Source of the DNA: Chiloscyllium plagiosum
Lineage: Eukaryota
DNA: 64,000 nucleotides
Reading direction: 5' to 3'
Assembly: GCF_004010195.1 (NCBI RefSeq)
Contig: NC_057756.1
Coordinates: forward strand, 3,504,785-3,568,784
Shown here: piece after piece, positions 11,286 to 25,419 of the stretch
Numbering within the stretch: the first letter of the stretch is position 1
Layout of the letters: every line of letters starts with the position of its first letter
The notes under the pieces: model-generated
The model's input: the letters and a program-made list of their open reading frames with translations, nothing else
The model's database searches: none
What the model was told of the DNA's origin: nothing
Translations under genes and position numbers: made by a program

Positions 11286-13499
11286 GTAAGTTTGTTCCGA
11301 ATATATTCTCCGTCCATTTGCTTTTCAATTTGACTAGTTAATGGACATATCTTCACATTCGTCTTTCTCTGTTTAAAATGTTTCCACTTTTACACGCAAT
11401 TAAGATGTCTAAACCAAACCAAACCTCTAATTGTAGTACTTGAACAAGATACTTCATGGTTTCAATTCGATTTGTTTAATTTTATTTCACTGCATTTGAT
11501 TTGTCGAACATTGTTTCGACAGGGCATACATGCTCAAATGATACATCTTGTTAGTCCAATTCTTTTAATAACGTGAATGATATTTTTTAAAGAACTAAAG
11601 TACATTCGCTAGAATTAATTGAAAAACTGTGCCAGTCGAACCCCAGGATGCAGTATTTTATTCTTTGTATATTTCATAAATGGAGCTGAACAAACCTATT
11701 GTGTCGTTCTCACTTGTTCAGTGACTATGATGGATCTGTAGCCGTGTGATTCACGGTTTAAACTCAGAGGGATCACTGCTAATTTTTTCATTGTTGATCT
11801 TACAGTGTGTACACTTTGAATGAATGGTAGAGCCAACACTAACTTAGGAAACGCGAGCTTTGCCTTGACGTTTGGATGCTCTATCGAACAGTTTTAAAAA
11901 GGCACGTGATCAGAAGCTTCACATGTTGTACTTCGAAGTACGAGGTAACAATAACATTATACCTCACATTTGCAAACAAAGTAGAATGACGATCGAGTTG
12001 CTAATGCTGTGATATTCTTTCAGACTTTGATACGTTCCAACATAACTCAATGTAGTTTCATACAGGCCATTTTTCGTACCTACTCAGCAAGTTGCCAGGG
12101 GAAGAGAACATCTTCGGGAGGACAGTGATAGTTAAAGGACAGCTGCATCACACGATAATCCAGGTACAACTTTATGAACATAAAATAAGCCGGCGTTTAC
12201 ATGATGGAACTGGAATTACCTGAACAACATTACCTACCTTTTGATATATATTTAACCTTTAATCGTGTTCAGATAAGATATCATAATTTAAAAGAGAAAC
12301 GTCAACAATTTACAATCATTCCTGATCATTAGCTGGAAAAGTTGCCGCTGGCCACATTTTCAGAAATGTGTGACAGGTTTTGTTTTGAATCTTCAACATC
12401 TGAAATGTTTCAGAGCTTCTCTCTTTTATCAAAATGACTTATTATACATCAAATATAAAAGAACGATGAGAATCAGAAATTATATCAGTCACATCCGATG
12501 TAGTATTCAGCAAGTCTGCGAAAGAGAACAGACAAATGCAGACAAAAGTGATAAATTCATGGGAAAGTAACTTTTTAAAAAGAAAATCTGGGCAGATAAG
12601 GAAACACCTGTCAGATGCATTCGCATGGGTGAATACACAGACGAAACCTACAGCGTTGAGTGATGTACGGTGGCAGAAACTTTTGTGTTGAAGTGCACAA
12701 TTAATCAATGTGCGTGGGGAATGTTCAGACAATTGTTCAGAAGGTTTATGCGATAATTGTGTTTATAAATACAGGCATGCAATATAAAAGGAAATGATGC
12801 TTCACATGGGCTATTGAAATTAATTGCCATTGGTGTTTTTTTCCCAGCATAACCTCACAAAAATGTCGTTATCTCAATCAATCTCTTATCCTAAATAGAC
12901 TTAGTGAGTGTTCAATTAAACGTTTTACTGACATGATTCACGACGACATTCATGAATTTCAATTGCCATATTAACATCCATTGAAAACGTCCTCTGAATG
13001 ATCTGAAAAATGCATTTCCATGAATCTTTGCGAGAATCAAATTGTGTGATGAGAAAGTAGAAAGAATGCACTCCCTTTGCTGAACACAGATTGTCAATCA
13101 AAATGACATGACAAACGGAGTGTACTGAATGTACATTTACTGAGTGCACTGCCCTTTCCACGATTTTTATGTGCTTCCATCAATATGACTCAGCATAACT
13201 CTTTGGAATAAAGTACTTCTTTGGTTCTGCGTCATTATTCTCCAAACGTACAATCATGCACAAAGAGCTTTTGATTTATAGGAAGATACAATGAAAGAAA
13301 AGACAATGAGAGTTGGAGACAAGGACAATGACGGAGAGATGGATAGAGAAGAAATGCATCGTTTGAAGTTTTTTTAAAAAGTGTGACAATGATAGTTATC
13401 CACATTGACGGTGAAAACAATTCAGGTATCCTCATTGACGGAAAGTGCATAAGACACGTTCTGTTTTTTTTAAGTTTTCAAAGTCTACTGGTATTTCAA

Positions 13500-15480
13500 A
13501 TTCAACCAGACTGTGGTTGCTCCTACACAGGATCCCTCACTGTGATATCATCAATTAAATCTTCAAAATTAAATCAGGTTAGGTCTATGAAAGCTGGGTT
13601 ATTCGTGGCTTCCATCACATACTGCTCATTGAAACTATTGTAGAAAAACTATTGAACTCCTCCTCAAAGTTGCCTTGATTGACATTCTTTTGTCAAGCAA
13701 TACTGAGGGAAACACAAGGTGATAATTGCCATAATATTTTATATGCATTAATTATTTCTTTGTTTATCGCTTGCTTCACCATTGTGTTGTATTATTCAAT
13801 AGCTTATAAATTATGCTTATCAGTGACGTTTTCACACTAAATACTTATATTTTAACCAACATTAATGCAAACATTTTCTCCATAAAATCTATTGTAACTC
13901 TCACGACATCCCTGATTGCATTAATTAATATCGTAGCTACAGTACCTCAATTTCCTTCCTTTCAGTCAATCTGAATATTATTATGTCCCTTAATCCCAGG
14001 CATGAACACTTCGAAACATATCTATGTAATGGACACTAAATCATTCCTACCTGAGATGATTTCTGCTGTCATTTCATTTCACAAGTATCCAGTGTTGTGA
14101 GAAATGAAGAAATTCCAGTTTGTAAGCCTTATTTTTGAATCCTCGAAACCTCCACGAAATGCACTTTTCTTCTCAGATATTCTCATTTTTTGTCACGAAC
14201 TGGTTTCCACTCATTTTCTTTTTACATTCTTAAGATGCTTTGTTTTTACTAAGGACATCTTTCGCTATTTTCTTAAGCAGTCACCAATTCTTGTTGGTTC
14301 AGAACATCCCCTCAGATTCCCAATTATTTGGCAAATTAGCTTAAACTCCGCCAAACATTGCGGGAAAAACGACTCAAAAGCTATTGGTCCATTCACTGTT
14401 TGGGGGTGAACACCATCTCTGTTGAATAAGTCCCATCTTTCCCTGAAATCATCCCAGTTATTGAGAAATCTAAAGTCTTCCCGAATTCATCACTACATGA
14501 GTCACCGTTTGAACTGCTCAGCCTAACAATTTGTAGATACACGATGACATGTTATACATAATAAACTGCAGATTGCAACTTTCAATTCCTGGTTTTAAAC
14601 TTTGGTCCCCTTCTCTCAATTCAACCTTTAGGGCCTGATCCGTCCAACTCAAATATATCCACAGTGCAATCATGCATAAGAATCACTGACTGCTTCCCTC
14701 CCCAATACCCTTTCTATTTCTGAGGCTTCGTAATCTAAAGAATCCTGGCATTTGGGGGACACCACATCACCCTGTTGTGAAAAGCATTTGTCTATGTTAC
14801 TCACAATTGCGTCTCCTATCAGGACAGCATTCATTGCCGTTTGACTCTCGGTGCAGCTGAAGTCCCCACCGTGCTGCGGGTTTTGCTTTGGCTGCAATTC
14901 CCTGACACATTATCAACGTCAGCACAACTTAGCCAGAGTACTGGTTGCTGTGGGGATGGCCAGAGGGGAAATCCAGCAATACGTGCCTCACCTTATGCTG
15001 GCCTGTAACGTTACCCATTCCCACTCCTCCTGTTCGCTTTTACACGATGCATTAACCACGTCTTGTAACAGCTACCTTCAAACACCCATTCTTCTGGATT
15101 CTTCTCATTGCCTGTATAGAAGAGGTACCTCCTGTACACATGTTGCGCATTGCTACAATGAGCATTCAAAAACTTCCATACAAAACATATTGTTTACAAA
15201 ATCTGGACTGCCATCCTTTTAATTAATCCAAAATTACCCAATATAAATAAGTAAATCTAATTCTCATTTACACACTTAACAGTTTAAATTAGTATACTTA
15301 CTAGTTAACAGGTCATTCCATTGCAATAAAAAAAGATTTATACTCACCATTCATACACGAAATCACGTCGCAGGTTGTCTCTGATTTCACTCTGGGATCT
15401 TGCTGTTCTTCACCTCAGAAGCATTTTGTGCCTGACCAGATCCAAAGTCTTTGCCTTTCAACAGCTGCCAGCTCCATGTT
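13500..15480 (-). mobile_element. Old CR1-type LINE 5' part (5'UTR, decayed ORF1 esterase, start of ORF2)
   Basis: ORF 14670-14897 contains AVLIGDAIVSNIDKCF, matching AILIGDSIVRGTDRRF of the ORF1 at 2-886. Confidence 0.7.
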
Positions 15481-15589
15481 AAACCCCTGTAAGAATTCAA
15501 TATTCCTTTTTTTTTGCTGATTAGTGGAGTTTAGAAGCATGGGACCATTTCTGGAAACCAGAATCTTCTGCCATCCACTGTTCCGTCAA

Positions 15590-16360
15590 GATGACTGATT
15601 TGAAAAGTGTGGCATTAGAAAAGCACAAAATATCAGGCATCATTCGAGGAGCAGGAGTGTCGACATTTCAGGTATAATCCCTTCATCAGGAATGTTGAGG
15701 GAAGAGAGGTCAGGTAGATAAATACGGGAGTGGATGTATGGATGTTGGTAGGTAGCTGGGAAGGTGATAGGAGGATGCAGGTGTGGCACATTTACCATAG
15801 GTCGAGCAGATAGATTGGGTAGAAGAGTGAAAACGAGGACAGAAGAGGGTCGTGTCCAGTGGTCGGGTTTAATCTTTGATGAAGTATGCGAGATGAGATT
15901 TAAATACTCGTTACGTTGAGTTTGATGCAGTGTGGATGCAAGGTCCAAACGTGGAAAATCGGGCATTCTTCCTCTTTGATGAGTGGCTTTGATTTGACGG
16001 TGGAGCAGGCCCAGGATGTATTTGTCCTTGGGGAAATGGGAAGCCTGTTAAACTGGCCTGCCACATGTCAGTTGCTTAGTTTGGTGCTTGATTGCCAGTG
16101 ATGTTCACTAAAATTCTCGATGTGTTGGTGCCTTCCCTCGTCGATGCAGAGAGGTCCACATCATGAGCAAGGGACACACAGTGGATTAGGTGGGTGGATG
16201 AGCAGAAAAGTCTCTGCCCAATTTCAAAGTGCACTTGGCGACGTTGGACTGGACTGAGTGTGCAGGTGAGGGTGCAAGTTTTGCACATCGTGCAGCTGCA
16301 AGGGAAAGTGATGGGTGTGGATGCTGGATTGGTCTCCCTGATCGACATAATCAGAACTAC
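15590..16360 (-). mobile_element. Penelope-like element 3' remnant (GIY-YIG region + pLTR with hammerhead core)
   Basis: TFPCSCTMCKTC...QRLFCSSTHLIHCV resembles the Cys-rich linker before the PLE GIY-YIG domain. Minus-strand CTGATGAagggattatacctGAAAtgtc at 15662-15689. Confidence 0.7.
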
Positions 16361-16818
16361 CAGGAAAATATCTTCATACTACACTGAAAATAAGAAAATT
16401 ATTAAGTTGAAGTTTATACATTGAAGCTTCTATTAAAAGCTACAAGATACAGTTGAAACACCAATGAATTTCAAAATTATCAGATGCATGTAACAGACAA
16501 TTATGACATATATTTCATAAATGAAGAATTAGCACTTTTTGAAAAGTAAATAATTTATATTGTTAATACCTGGTGTTAATTCTCATTCATGGCTCTATAC
16601 AATAGTTCACATTTGCACATATATGAAATGCTAAAATCATAACATATTCTGTTTTGCACATCTATGCAAAGGCGCTGGAAGCCATTGATCCAATAATTCA
16701 CATTACATGATATGACCACCTTCTTGAAATGTTTGAAACTGCAATACTGACGTCACAGTACCACAGGTGCAGTAAATGAGTGTTACATATTGACCCTGTT
16801 CCCTTGTTTCCTCAACAG

Positions 16819-16839
16819 ATCTAGCAAAGCCGACTGGAG
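16819..16839 (+). CDS. 21-nt phase-1 micro-exon (xLAKPTG)
   Basis: ttgaccctgttcccttgtttcctcaacag|ATCTAGCAAAGCCGACTGGAG|gtaaga. Strong pyrimidine tract and donor. Confidence 0.75.
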
Positions 16840-18369
16840 GTAAGATATTACAAATTAGATTCGCGTTTTCTGAGGAATACATGAATATTAAAAATTGGTG
16901 ACCATTTCGCAAAATTTCCCAACGAAAAGGCTTGCATATCTCAGTGGAATTTCTTGGCACTTAACTGCACTTTGATTAAAACTTAATCGAGGTTGTTGAA
17001 AAACAACAATGTACTAAGCAGTATTTTCCCGTTGGATGTTGAAAATGAATGCTTTGTTCGCAATTTACCGTCTGTGCAATTCATTGAACCATGAACAGTA
17101 TGTGAGTGGCATCGAGACCAGAGATGGCAAAATAATTAGACCAATCATTGGAAAGAAATACAGATTGATATACAGACACGATGGTGTGTGATAATGAAAT
17201 TGATTATCTAAGGTGAATAATAAGGAATTATATTCAAGGTGCCATTAAAAAAAATATGAGTAAGCATGTCCTACATGTGACTGTGTACATATTTATTACT
17301 CTGTGTGTTTGAGTGAATGCGTGCGTGTGTCTGTGCATGTGTGCAAGTGTATGTATGTTTTCATGATTAATTGTTAGATTAATCAGAAAATGTGAATGAG
17401 ATAATAATAATTATAATCACACAAATGGTTCATCCTATTCTCTTTAAGCACCTTGTAATATATATTAATAACCCAGAAAGAAGATAGAACTGCAATACGA
17501 ATAACGGAAGGAAAATTCTACCTCAATAGCATTGGAGTTCGAGTTTGCATTGCAACTCTCGTTAATTAATGCGAAATCGAATTGTTCCGCCAAACAATTC
17601 CTTTCTACCACCTTAACAGTCATTTGGCTTCTGACGACTCAAAGGTACAAAAATATGCTTTCTTTAAATAATTAATTAAGTGCAGAGTTATGATCAAGAA
17701 TTCTTAGACAGGAGATGGCAGAGTTTCAAGAAACTCTACACATTCATATCAGGATGATAGGAATTTGAAAACAAAACTTCAATGAAATCAGAAATTGGGG
17801 TTGGAAATATTTTCAGCACCATCACAATTTTGTAACTTTCATGTTTTTTGTTCTGCATACGTTTCTGAAAGTTTCTGCTGTTCTTTCCACAATCATTTCT
17901 TCTATTTCTTCCATTGAATTCTTTCATTTTAATGCCAAACAAAGGAGCCCTTGGCATCAACAGCAATAATAAAAGTTCACTCCGTTGACTGCAATTGATT
18001 TATGCTATTTCAGTTTAGAAATCTCTCATGTATCAAAGTATTATGGAAGATTTCAACTTTGTCAAAACATTTATTATGTAAGGTAAATCTTTTTTTAAAA
18101 GCGCATCTCTGATTAACCTGCATCAATTATCCAATTGATGGCCACGGAATCTGTATGTGTATCTAACCAATAGAAAATCAGAAATGCTCATTTGTTCTGA
18201 TATGTATCTTCCAGCGCTTATGAAGAGAGACATATCATCGCCAATGGGTCTGCGACAAATTATTAAATGTCCAAGGCTGTATTCCACTTGAACTAATAAT
18301 CCAAAATCTAATACGTAATAAAATATCTATGGAGTTGTAGTGTCTCAAATGAAATGATGATTTGTAAGT

Positions 18370-18930
18370 ACTGGTTTTTGACCTGGGTGTTGAAAGTTAA
18401 AAATCAAAGAGCACCAGGTTATAGTGCAATAGGTTTGTTTCGAAGCACTGGTCTTCGCAACGCTGCCTCTTCATCAGGTGGTTGCGGTCGACCAAATCGT
18501 AAGATACACAATTTTTCGCAAACGTTCACAGTGTGGTGTAACTGAAAGTATATCTTGAAAAAGACCTGAATTGATGTTAAATCTCTCACCTTCGATAATG
18601 ATTTGGAGATGCCAGTGTTGGACTGGGGTGCACAAAGTTAAAAATCACACACCAGGTTATAGTCCCACAAGTAAAGTTGGAAGCAGTACCTTTCGGAGCG
18701 CTCTCACAACCACCTGATGACGGAGCAGCCCACAGAAAGCTAGTGTTTCCAATTAAACCTGTTGGACTGTAACATGGTGCTGTGTGATTTTTTTTTACCC
18801 TTTTAGAACGATCGTGTTGTTTTCAGTTCTTTCATATGTAAAACCCACAAATCTTTCAAAGTTACATTCTCAACTGAAAATTAACAATACGTGTCATGTC
18901 GGCCCAGATGATGCATTGAACGTGAGAGTG
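18370..18930. mobile_element. Penelope-derived pLTR cluster with inverted arms
   Basis: aaagttaaaaatca(c)a..caccaggttatagt occurs at ~18393 and ~18634, with its reverse complement at ~18757-18795. CTGATGA cores at 18714-18720 (+) and 18471-18477 (-). Confidence 0.65.
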
Positions 18931-19508
18931 ATTCTATGGAATACCTAAAGTACACAAACCTGACATCCCACTCAGACCCATAGTATCACTACCAGGGACA
19001 CCATCATACGAACTGGCCAAAGAACTACAACAGAAACTAAAACACCTGGTCAGCGGATCCAAACACTCTATACAATCAACACAGGAATTCTTGGAAATCA
19101 TCAGAAATATACACATAGACAAAGAAGAAACCATGATATCATTCGACGTGACGGCACTGTTCACTTCGATTGACAAAACCCTAGCCAGAGAAACAATAGC
19201 CAACCTACTGGACATACAGAACAGAAAACAGGACGCTGAACCTATCAACAAAGACGGCATACTTAAACTACTGGACTTGTGCCCCACAACACACTTCACA
19301 TTCAACAACCAGATATACGAACAAATCAACAGAACACCCATGGGATCACCAATCTCGGGACTCATAGCAGAGGCACTTATGCAGTAGAAACAGTCCTACC
19401 ACAAATTCAACCCAAACTCTAGGTCAGATATGTCGATGACACGTTTGTAAACATTAAAAACACGGAAATAGAAAAAAACACACCAGATCATCAACGCCAC
19501 ACTCACAG

Positions 19509-19943
19509 NNNNNNNNNNNNNNNNNNNNNNNNNNNNNNNNNNNNNNNNNNNNNNNNNNNNNNNNNNNNNNNNNNNNNNNNNNNNNNNNNNNNNNNNNNNN
19601 NNNNNNNNNNNNNNNNNNNNNNNNNNNNNNNNNNNNNNNNNNNNNNNNNNNNNNNNNNNNNNNNNNNNNNNNNNNNNNNNNNNNNNNNNNNNNNNNNNNN
19701 NNNNNNNNNNNNNNNNNNNNNNNNNNNNNNNNNNNNNNNNNNNNNNNNNNNNNNNNNNNNNNNNNNNNNNNNNNNNNNNNNNNNNNNNNNNNNNNNNNNN
19801 NNNNNNNNNNNNNNNNNNNNNNNNNNNNNNNNNNNNNNNNNNNNNNNNNNNNNNNNNNNNNNNNNNNNNNNNNNNNNNNNNNNNNNNNNNNNNNNNNNNN
19901 NNNNNNNNNNNNNNNNNNNNNNNNNNNNNNNNNNNNNNNNNNN
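19509..19943. other. Assembly gap (435 N)
   Basis: Run of N. Confidence 1.
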
Positions 19944-20158
19944 ACACTACTATCAGAGGGCAAGCCAAACAGAGAACAGCCAGGGAATTCCTAGAGGCAT
20001 GGCATTCATCCACAAACTCCATCAACAAACACATCGACCTGGACCCAATATACCAACCACGACAGCGGACAGCTGAAACTGACAACCGGAAGCGGCAGGG
20101 ACAGACCACTATAAACACCGGAGGAAACATCAAAGAAGCGCTTGGCAGGAGGCTCCCA

Positions 20159-20200
20159 AGCACTGATGATGTCGCCTTGCCAGGGGACGAAACGTTTGCA
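20159..20200 (+). ncRNA. Minimal hammerhead ribozyme motif in Penelope pLTR
   Basis: gca-CTGATGA-t-gtcgcc..ggggac-GAAA-cgtt-tgc: conserved core, stem II, palindromic ACGT stem III, short stem I. Confidence 0.7.
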
Positions 20201-20429
20201 ACAAAAACTTCCAGCTCGGCGAACAGAACCACAACATCATACTGTAAAATTGAATGTCCATCCATAACGACATTACTTGTCTCTAAGTTATTTTGAAACA
20301 TTCCCTCATCATACTGTGATACAATTATCTAATATGTATTCACATTAAAACATCTTGACATAAGAAAACAATACAGTTTTTCTTTCTTCCACTTATTTGT
20401 GCACATTAAGTCAGAGACATGAAAGGACA

Positions 20430-21420
20430 GGAATAGAACCATCAGCCCAATTCATCCAAACGACTAAGTTTACAAATTTGAAACAGACCCATTTAGCAGT
20501 TTTGCTTCATTTACCAAAGAACCTTTCATATTCATTGACCTGAACAAATATCTTTAAATGTTTTACATGTACCTGCACGTATGTCTTCCTCTAACAGTTC
20601 AATCCACATACAAAGCGAGTGGGATTAGCTGGCAAAGAGTGGGGAGATGCAATGGCCTCGTCTTATCCCTGCCATACTGTGTATCCTGAGAGCCAGTCAA
20701 TGTTTTCGGGACCCACGTTCGAATTTTGCCACAGCAGACAGTGGCATTTGAAATCAATAAACATTTGCAATTACGATGCTAATGATGGCCATATATCTAT
20801 TGTGCATAGTCTCGAAAGTCCTTCTGGTTGACTAATTTTGCCACCTTTATCTCGTCTGGCGCCAAAGTGACTTCTGATCAACAGCAGTTTGATTAACACC
20901 GAGCTTGTCACTGGGCAAATGAGATGGAAAATATTCTCATCCTGTGAAAACATAGACCTTCTGTTTGAAAGCATTGTCCATCAGGTCCCTTTTAGATCTT
21001 TCTTTTCTCACGTTCAAGGTATGCTTTCTTTCTGTTCACTCCCCTAATGTTGTGAAAGGACTTCTGCCATTCATCTGAGCTGTGCCGTCGTCATTTCCCA
21101 AACCTCGACAACGTGATGCCTCAACATCATTGAGTGCAGTGAAGAAAGTCATACTCTTTCCTCGTTCTACACGCAACCCAAACTTTCAATGCAGGTGACG
21201 TGTTTGTAAATATTTTCTGCGCCCTCTTGATTTTGTTAATAAACATGCCATACCCGAGGTTCCAGAATCATCAACAGCACTCCAAAATGACCTCAACAGG
21301 GTCCGACTCAACAACGAGATGACGTCCCAACTGGAATATGCAATGATCTGAGAAATGAAGGCAAGTGTGTCAAAGGGTTGCTTAACCGTTCTGTCTAATA
21401 TCGGCAAAACTTTCAAATAA
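20430..21420 (-). mobile_element. Old CR1 3' fragment, interrupted at ~20610-20920 by a degenerate SINE-like sequence (possibly Deu-domain type)
   Basis: ORF 21186-21494 has KQPFDTLAFISQIIAYSSWDVISLLSRTLLRS (CR1 ORF2 C-terminal pattern). The insert has gtggcatttgaaatcaataaa...tctggttgactaat. Confidence 0.55.
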
Positions 21421-22059
21421 TTTGGAATTCGATCTATGGAGCAATCGTGATAAACAATGTTACAAGAATTTATGTATTCATTTGCATTGGACATGCAAAT
21501 GATGAATAAATTTAGGGTGAAACACTTTCTCTGCTCCTCTCCAACTACCCGATCATCGATGTAAGGTTTTTGGCACTTGTTTATTCACGCATGAAGTTAA
21601 GTAATCATTTCTGCTCTGTTTCATTTTCTCTCAATCTTACATCCGACTTCAACAGTTTCTGCATTTTTGTTTATTCTACAACAGCACACTACGTAACATT
21701 TGGTAGTTATATTCGAGATACCAGAAAAGAATGCAATCATATGTTGATTCGATTTTGAAAGTTTTTATTTATTTCGTCGCCCTTATCGATATTGCAAGTT
21801 GCTAATATCTTCCTAGACCTGAACCTCCAACCTCCCTTTTAGACATACTTACATTTTGGTGAATTATGCGTTTCAACAGCCTACAAAATATATTTATTTC
21901 TGCAGCTGTAAACCATCTGCAAGTATTTCAATTACTTTTTTTTTCAATTCCAAGCATTCACGATGAGTTTACTTGGAAGTATCGTTAGTGAAACAGGCTG
22001 AAATGCACATAAATATAAATCACGAACTTGGATCAAATTCACAACTTTTTGGTGAAATT

Positions 22060-22260
22060 CAACCATCTCGTATTCATCTGCAGGAAAAAATAAAAGTTAG
22101 CGTTTCGGGGTAGGTGACTCTTCATCACTTTTTTGTTCTTCTTCTTGCGATGAACAGTCACTTCATTTGAAAAGTTAACTCTTGGTCTCCCAACCGACGT
22201 TGCCAAACCCACCGTATTTCGTGAGCAATTCGCGTTTTTGTGTCAGATCTCAAACATACA
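22060..22260. mobile_element. Decayed fold-back Penelope-derived element
   Basis: Inverted arms gttagcgtttcggggtaggtgactcttcatc / gatgaacagtcacttcatttgaaaagttaac with degenerate hammerhead cores. Confidence 0.55.
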
Positions 22261-25200
22261 GATTTCTTTATTCTAATGCAAGGTTGTGTCATATGAATGT
22301 AACGAATCAACTTTTATTGGACTTTTTTTTCTAAACCTGTTTTTTTCTAAGCTCCAGACAGCTGAGACATTCTAAAAGTGTTAAGATTTTATTGGACATC
22401 TGCAGTAACTAGCAATATTTCATTGGTTCTCAAAATATCAATAAATAATTAGAAACCAATTAGGAATATTACTCAAACCACTAACTTCGCTGTTCGATTC
22501 TGATTAGTTGAATATTTTGAGCTCGGATTGTAAAGAATAGATTACAAATAATGATGTTGAAACTTTTTTTTCATGGCAACTATTCATCTTATTCTTTCAT
22601 CTGTCAAATTTTGAGACTCAGAAACAGACATAAAAAAAGAAGGGCAGATATAGTTAAACAAATGATGTTTGAATAAAGAGAGGCTGGTAGTTATCATTAA
22701 CGTTGTTAAGTAGTGGTGTCAAACTCCGCTGGGAACCTGCATGAAGTAAGTGAACGCTGTGTTGAATATTGCATCTCAGGTCATTCGCTTCAACTCATGG
22801 TGTGATAGTATTGTTGGAAGCAGCGTTGAAATAAATTAATTTCGTTAGTTTATATTTTGTTTTTGCAATTCCTTCTTCTCGAAATATTTGACAGATGAAA
22901 GAATGAATGAGGGAAATGTTAACGACTTCGGAGGCGAGTGGATGAATATTAAATAAGACAATGAATGCCGGGTGGATTTCATGAATTTTCCGGTGCAATA
23001 ATGAAAGAGAAGTTGAAAATATGAGGAAGAGAGACATAAAATGTGTTTAGTGAGTACCCTGAACGTCAACACCAGAAAATCAATTGTCGAGTCCCGACGC
23101 TACTCTATTTGCAGAGTGTGTTGGAAAGTAAATTTTAGATGAAAGCATTGCGCATTTGATGTGAGAGCCTGTAATTAATGTTCAAAATCTACGCTGTGGT
23201 GCCTTTCATGCAATGTCTTTTTTGGGTATGTACCGATAATATTTCATTTTCTATGCAAATTACGTACATACTAATAAGCTACTGATAGCGTTTTGCTGAT
23301 CATAGCAGGACAAGACAATGGATGTGCTTGTATGGTTCATGGACTACTTTGCAAGATATCTGACACTTATAAACTATTCCATTCTGAACTGGAATTCCAT
23401 TATCATGGCGACAAAATCAACATCTTTGCTCAAATTGTATTGCTGAAGGGTCACATACTTTGTTAATCATGACAAGGTTTCTATTCTTTCTGTTCTGAGA
23501 AGCATGCCTCTATCAGATGTCTAAACCTGATATTGGTCAAGGATCTTTTTTTTTTCTTTCATACACAATGTTTTCAACGACGAACAGTAAAGGAGTAATG
23601 GCAAGTCCATATTCAGTGTACAACCTTTTCTGATTAAACAATGCATTGTCACATTTTTGGAGGTGTGCCTTGCCTAAAACAGACACGCCACGCAGCAGTT
23701 TTTTTTTTAAGTAGGCAGTAATTCGTCAAATCAGAGTGGATTTACATTTTTATGATTGCTAATACACAGGGTTGGATGGAGTGGAGACAAAAATAAAAGA
23801 ATGAAATCAAAAAGGCACAAAACTATTCCGATTTGGTTCTTCTTGGTTTCATTTTTTTGTGTACCAAGACTCAAGTGGAAAAAATGCATATGCAAGATTC
23901 CGGTTATATGCACTGCATATTGTTGTTTAAAGGTCGAACGTGGCAATGAGAACACGTAAAGCCTATTACGGTCATCTGCTCCAAATCTCAGTTAGTTCAC
24001 ATGAAATGATGGATAAGGCTCTCATTTAAAGAAAGAAATAGAGTACACATTACTATTGTATAGTCATACAGATTGTCTGATCAAAAGAAGAAATAGCTTT
24101 TCCCGTCCGGAGACAGATATCGTGCGTAAGACCACATCATATTTTTTCAAGGTTCCGAAAAGATTCAAGGACCAATGGTCGCATTTGAAGTTGCGGCAGT
24201 GAAAAATAAGCTTCCATTAGAATTATGTTTTTATTAGCGTGATAGCCAGAAATCAAGTCCAACTGCATAAATTAAGTAAAATAATTTCATAACACGACCT
24301 AGTCAAATGCATTTTACACTTTAGCCACTGTTGCGACCTCATTAACAAGTAAAGATTTTGTACACATCCAGAATTTAAATTAAGATTTTATTGATCGCTG
24401 TAGTGTAGACATTCATTTTAAATGGCAACCGATTGTCAATGGAAAAAGAAAAGTTAGCACATCTTTCATAAAATACTTTTAAAAATGTATTTAAAATCGA
24501 TTTGATTGCTACAGTGAATAATGTAAAAAGATGGCCTGGAAGGCTTAATTGCAAAGACATTGTCGACACGCAAATCAATAGAACTGTGATATTATATAGA
24601 GTCTTTTTCGTAAGCATTGATGTTTATTGACTATTCACTAGTATCACACACTGTAAGGTTGATATTGGATTTTGCAAAGTATTTAATTTTCTTTATTCTA
24701 TGCTCCAATTAATGTTCCAACGCTATTGTACTTCCTTTTACATTGTTATTCAAAAACTTGATTCTTGAATGCCAATTTTTGTGTTACTCATTCTGATATT
24801 GAGAACAGTTGCCTGTTCATACTTTGCATGCTTTTGCTGTAAGAAAGTTTTCCCGGCTTCGCTTCAACTTCTTCTTTCACATTTATTAACTTTTGATTGC
24901 CACTTTGCTGATAATTGTCTACTTTTAAATTAAATCCTTTGTGTTCAGTCAACGCATGCTTGCTAGTCAAATGGAAAAGAATTTGGTGTGGTTCTGCGAG
25001 GAAGTTTTCAATCTTCAAAACTTCCCTTTTGGTCATGCTATTCATATTTTTAAAGAAGGAAAATGGCATGGATGAATATATTCTGACATCGCAGGAACAC
25101 AAATGAGGATATCTCTTTCACACAGTATGGTTTTAATGCAAACGCTCATAAATGTTTGCAGTTATCAATAAGTGATTTGTTTTGGGTTATGTAATTAAAC

Positions 25201-25398
25201 TTCGTAACTACAGTTTGGCATTGATGTTATTGCGCTGCTTTATGTGAATCTATGCAGTGTTGAATGGAGTAATTTAGCTAATGCCTCCAAAAATCTCCAT
25301 TAAATTCTTTGGATTTGTTACCATTGGATGCGCTTAGATGTGCATGTGGGATTTAATTTTGTCGGGGAATTTAATCTGTTACTTTTGTACATAAACAG

Positions 25399-25419
25399 AT
25401 CTGCCAAAGTGCAAACAAG
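25399..25419 (+). CDS. 21-nt phase-1 micro-exon (xLPKCKQ)
   Basis: ttacttttgtacataaacag|ATCTGCCAAAGTGCAAACAAG|gtaaga. Sequence-related to the 16819 exon. Confidence 0.72.

Larger units (their letters stand above)
6700..13030 (+). repeat. Old segmental duplication, copy A (paralogous to 35320-41240)
   Basis: Collinear diverged matches, e.g. 6840 tagagtattgagtgtcaacttacattacgtg vs 35443 tagagtattgtcggtcaacttacatcacgtg; 8365 gaaggtaatttaatg vs 37050; 11250-11296 vs 38714-38760; 12845 cccagcataacctcacaaaaat vs 41039. Confidence 0.85.
18932..20240 (+). mobile_element. Penelope-like retroelement, 5'-truncated (RT, gap, GIY-YIG C-terminus, pLTR); disrupted
   Basis: FYGIPKVHKPDIPLRPIVS...ISFDVTALFTSI...TPMGSPISGLIAE, frameshift/stop at 19385, then *VRYVDDTF. 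After the gap: REFLEAWHSSTNSINKHIDLDPIY. Confidence 0.9.

Noticed and set aside
17239..17259. AAG|21 nt|GTAAGC (xAIKKNM)
   Set aside because: No pyrimidine tract and an AAG acceptor; an AG at this distance can arise by chance.
18528..18566. CACAGTG heptamer as a possible recombination signal sequence (other CACAGTG/CACTGTG sites also inspected)
   Set aside because: No proper nonamer at 12 or 23 nt, and the site lies within a repeat. No Ig/TCR segments were found.
19396..20301. 301-aa and 169-aa ORFs in the track
   Set aside because: Artefacts of translation through the N gap, antisense to the Penelope element.
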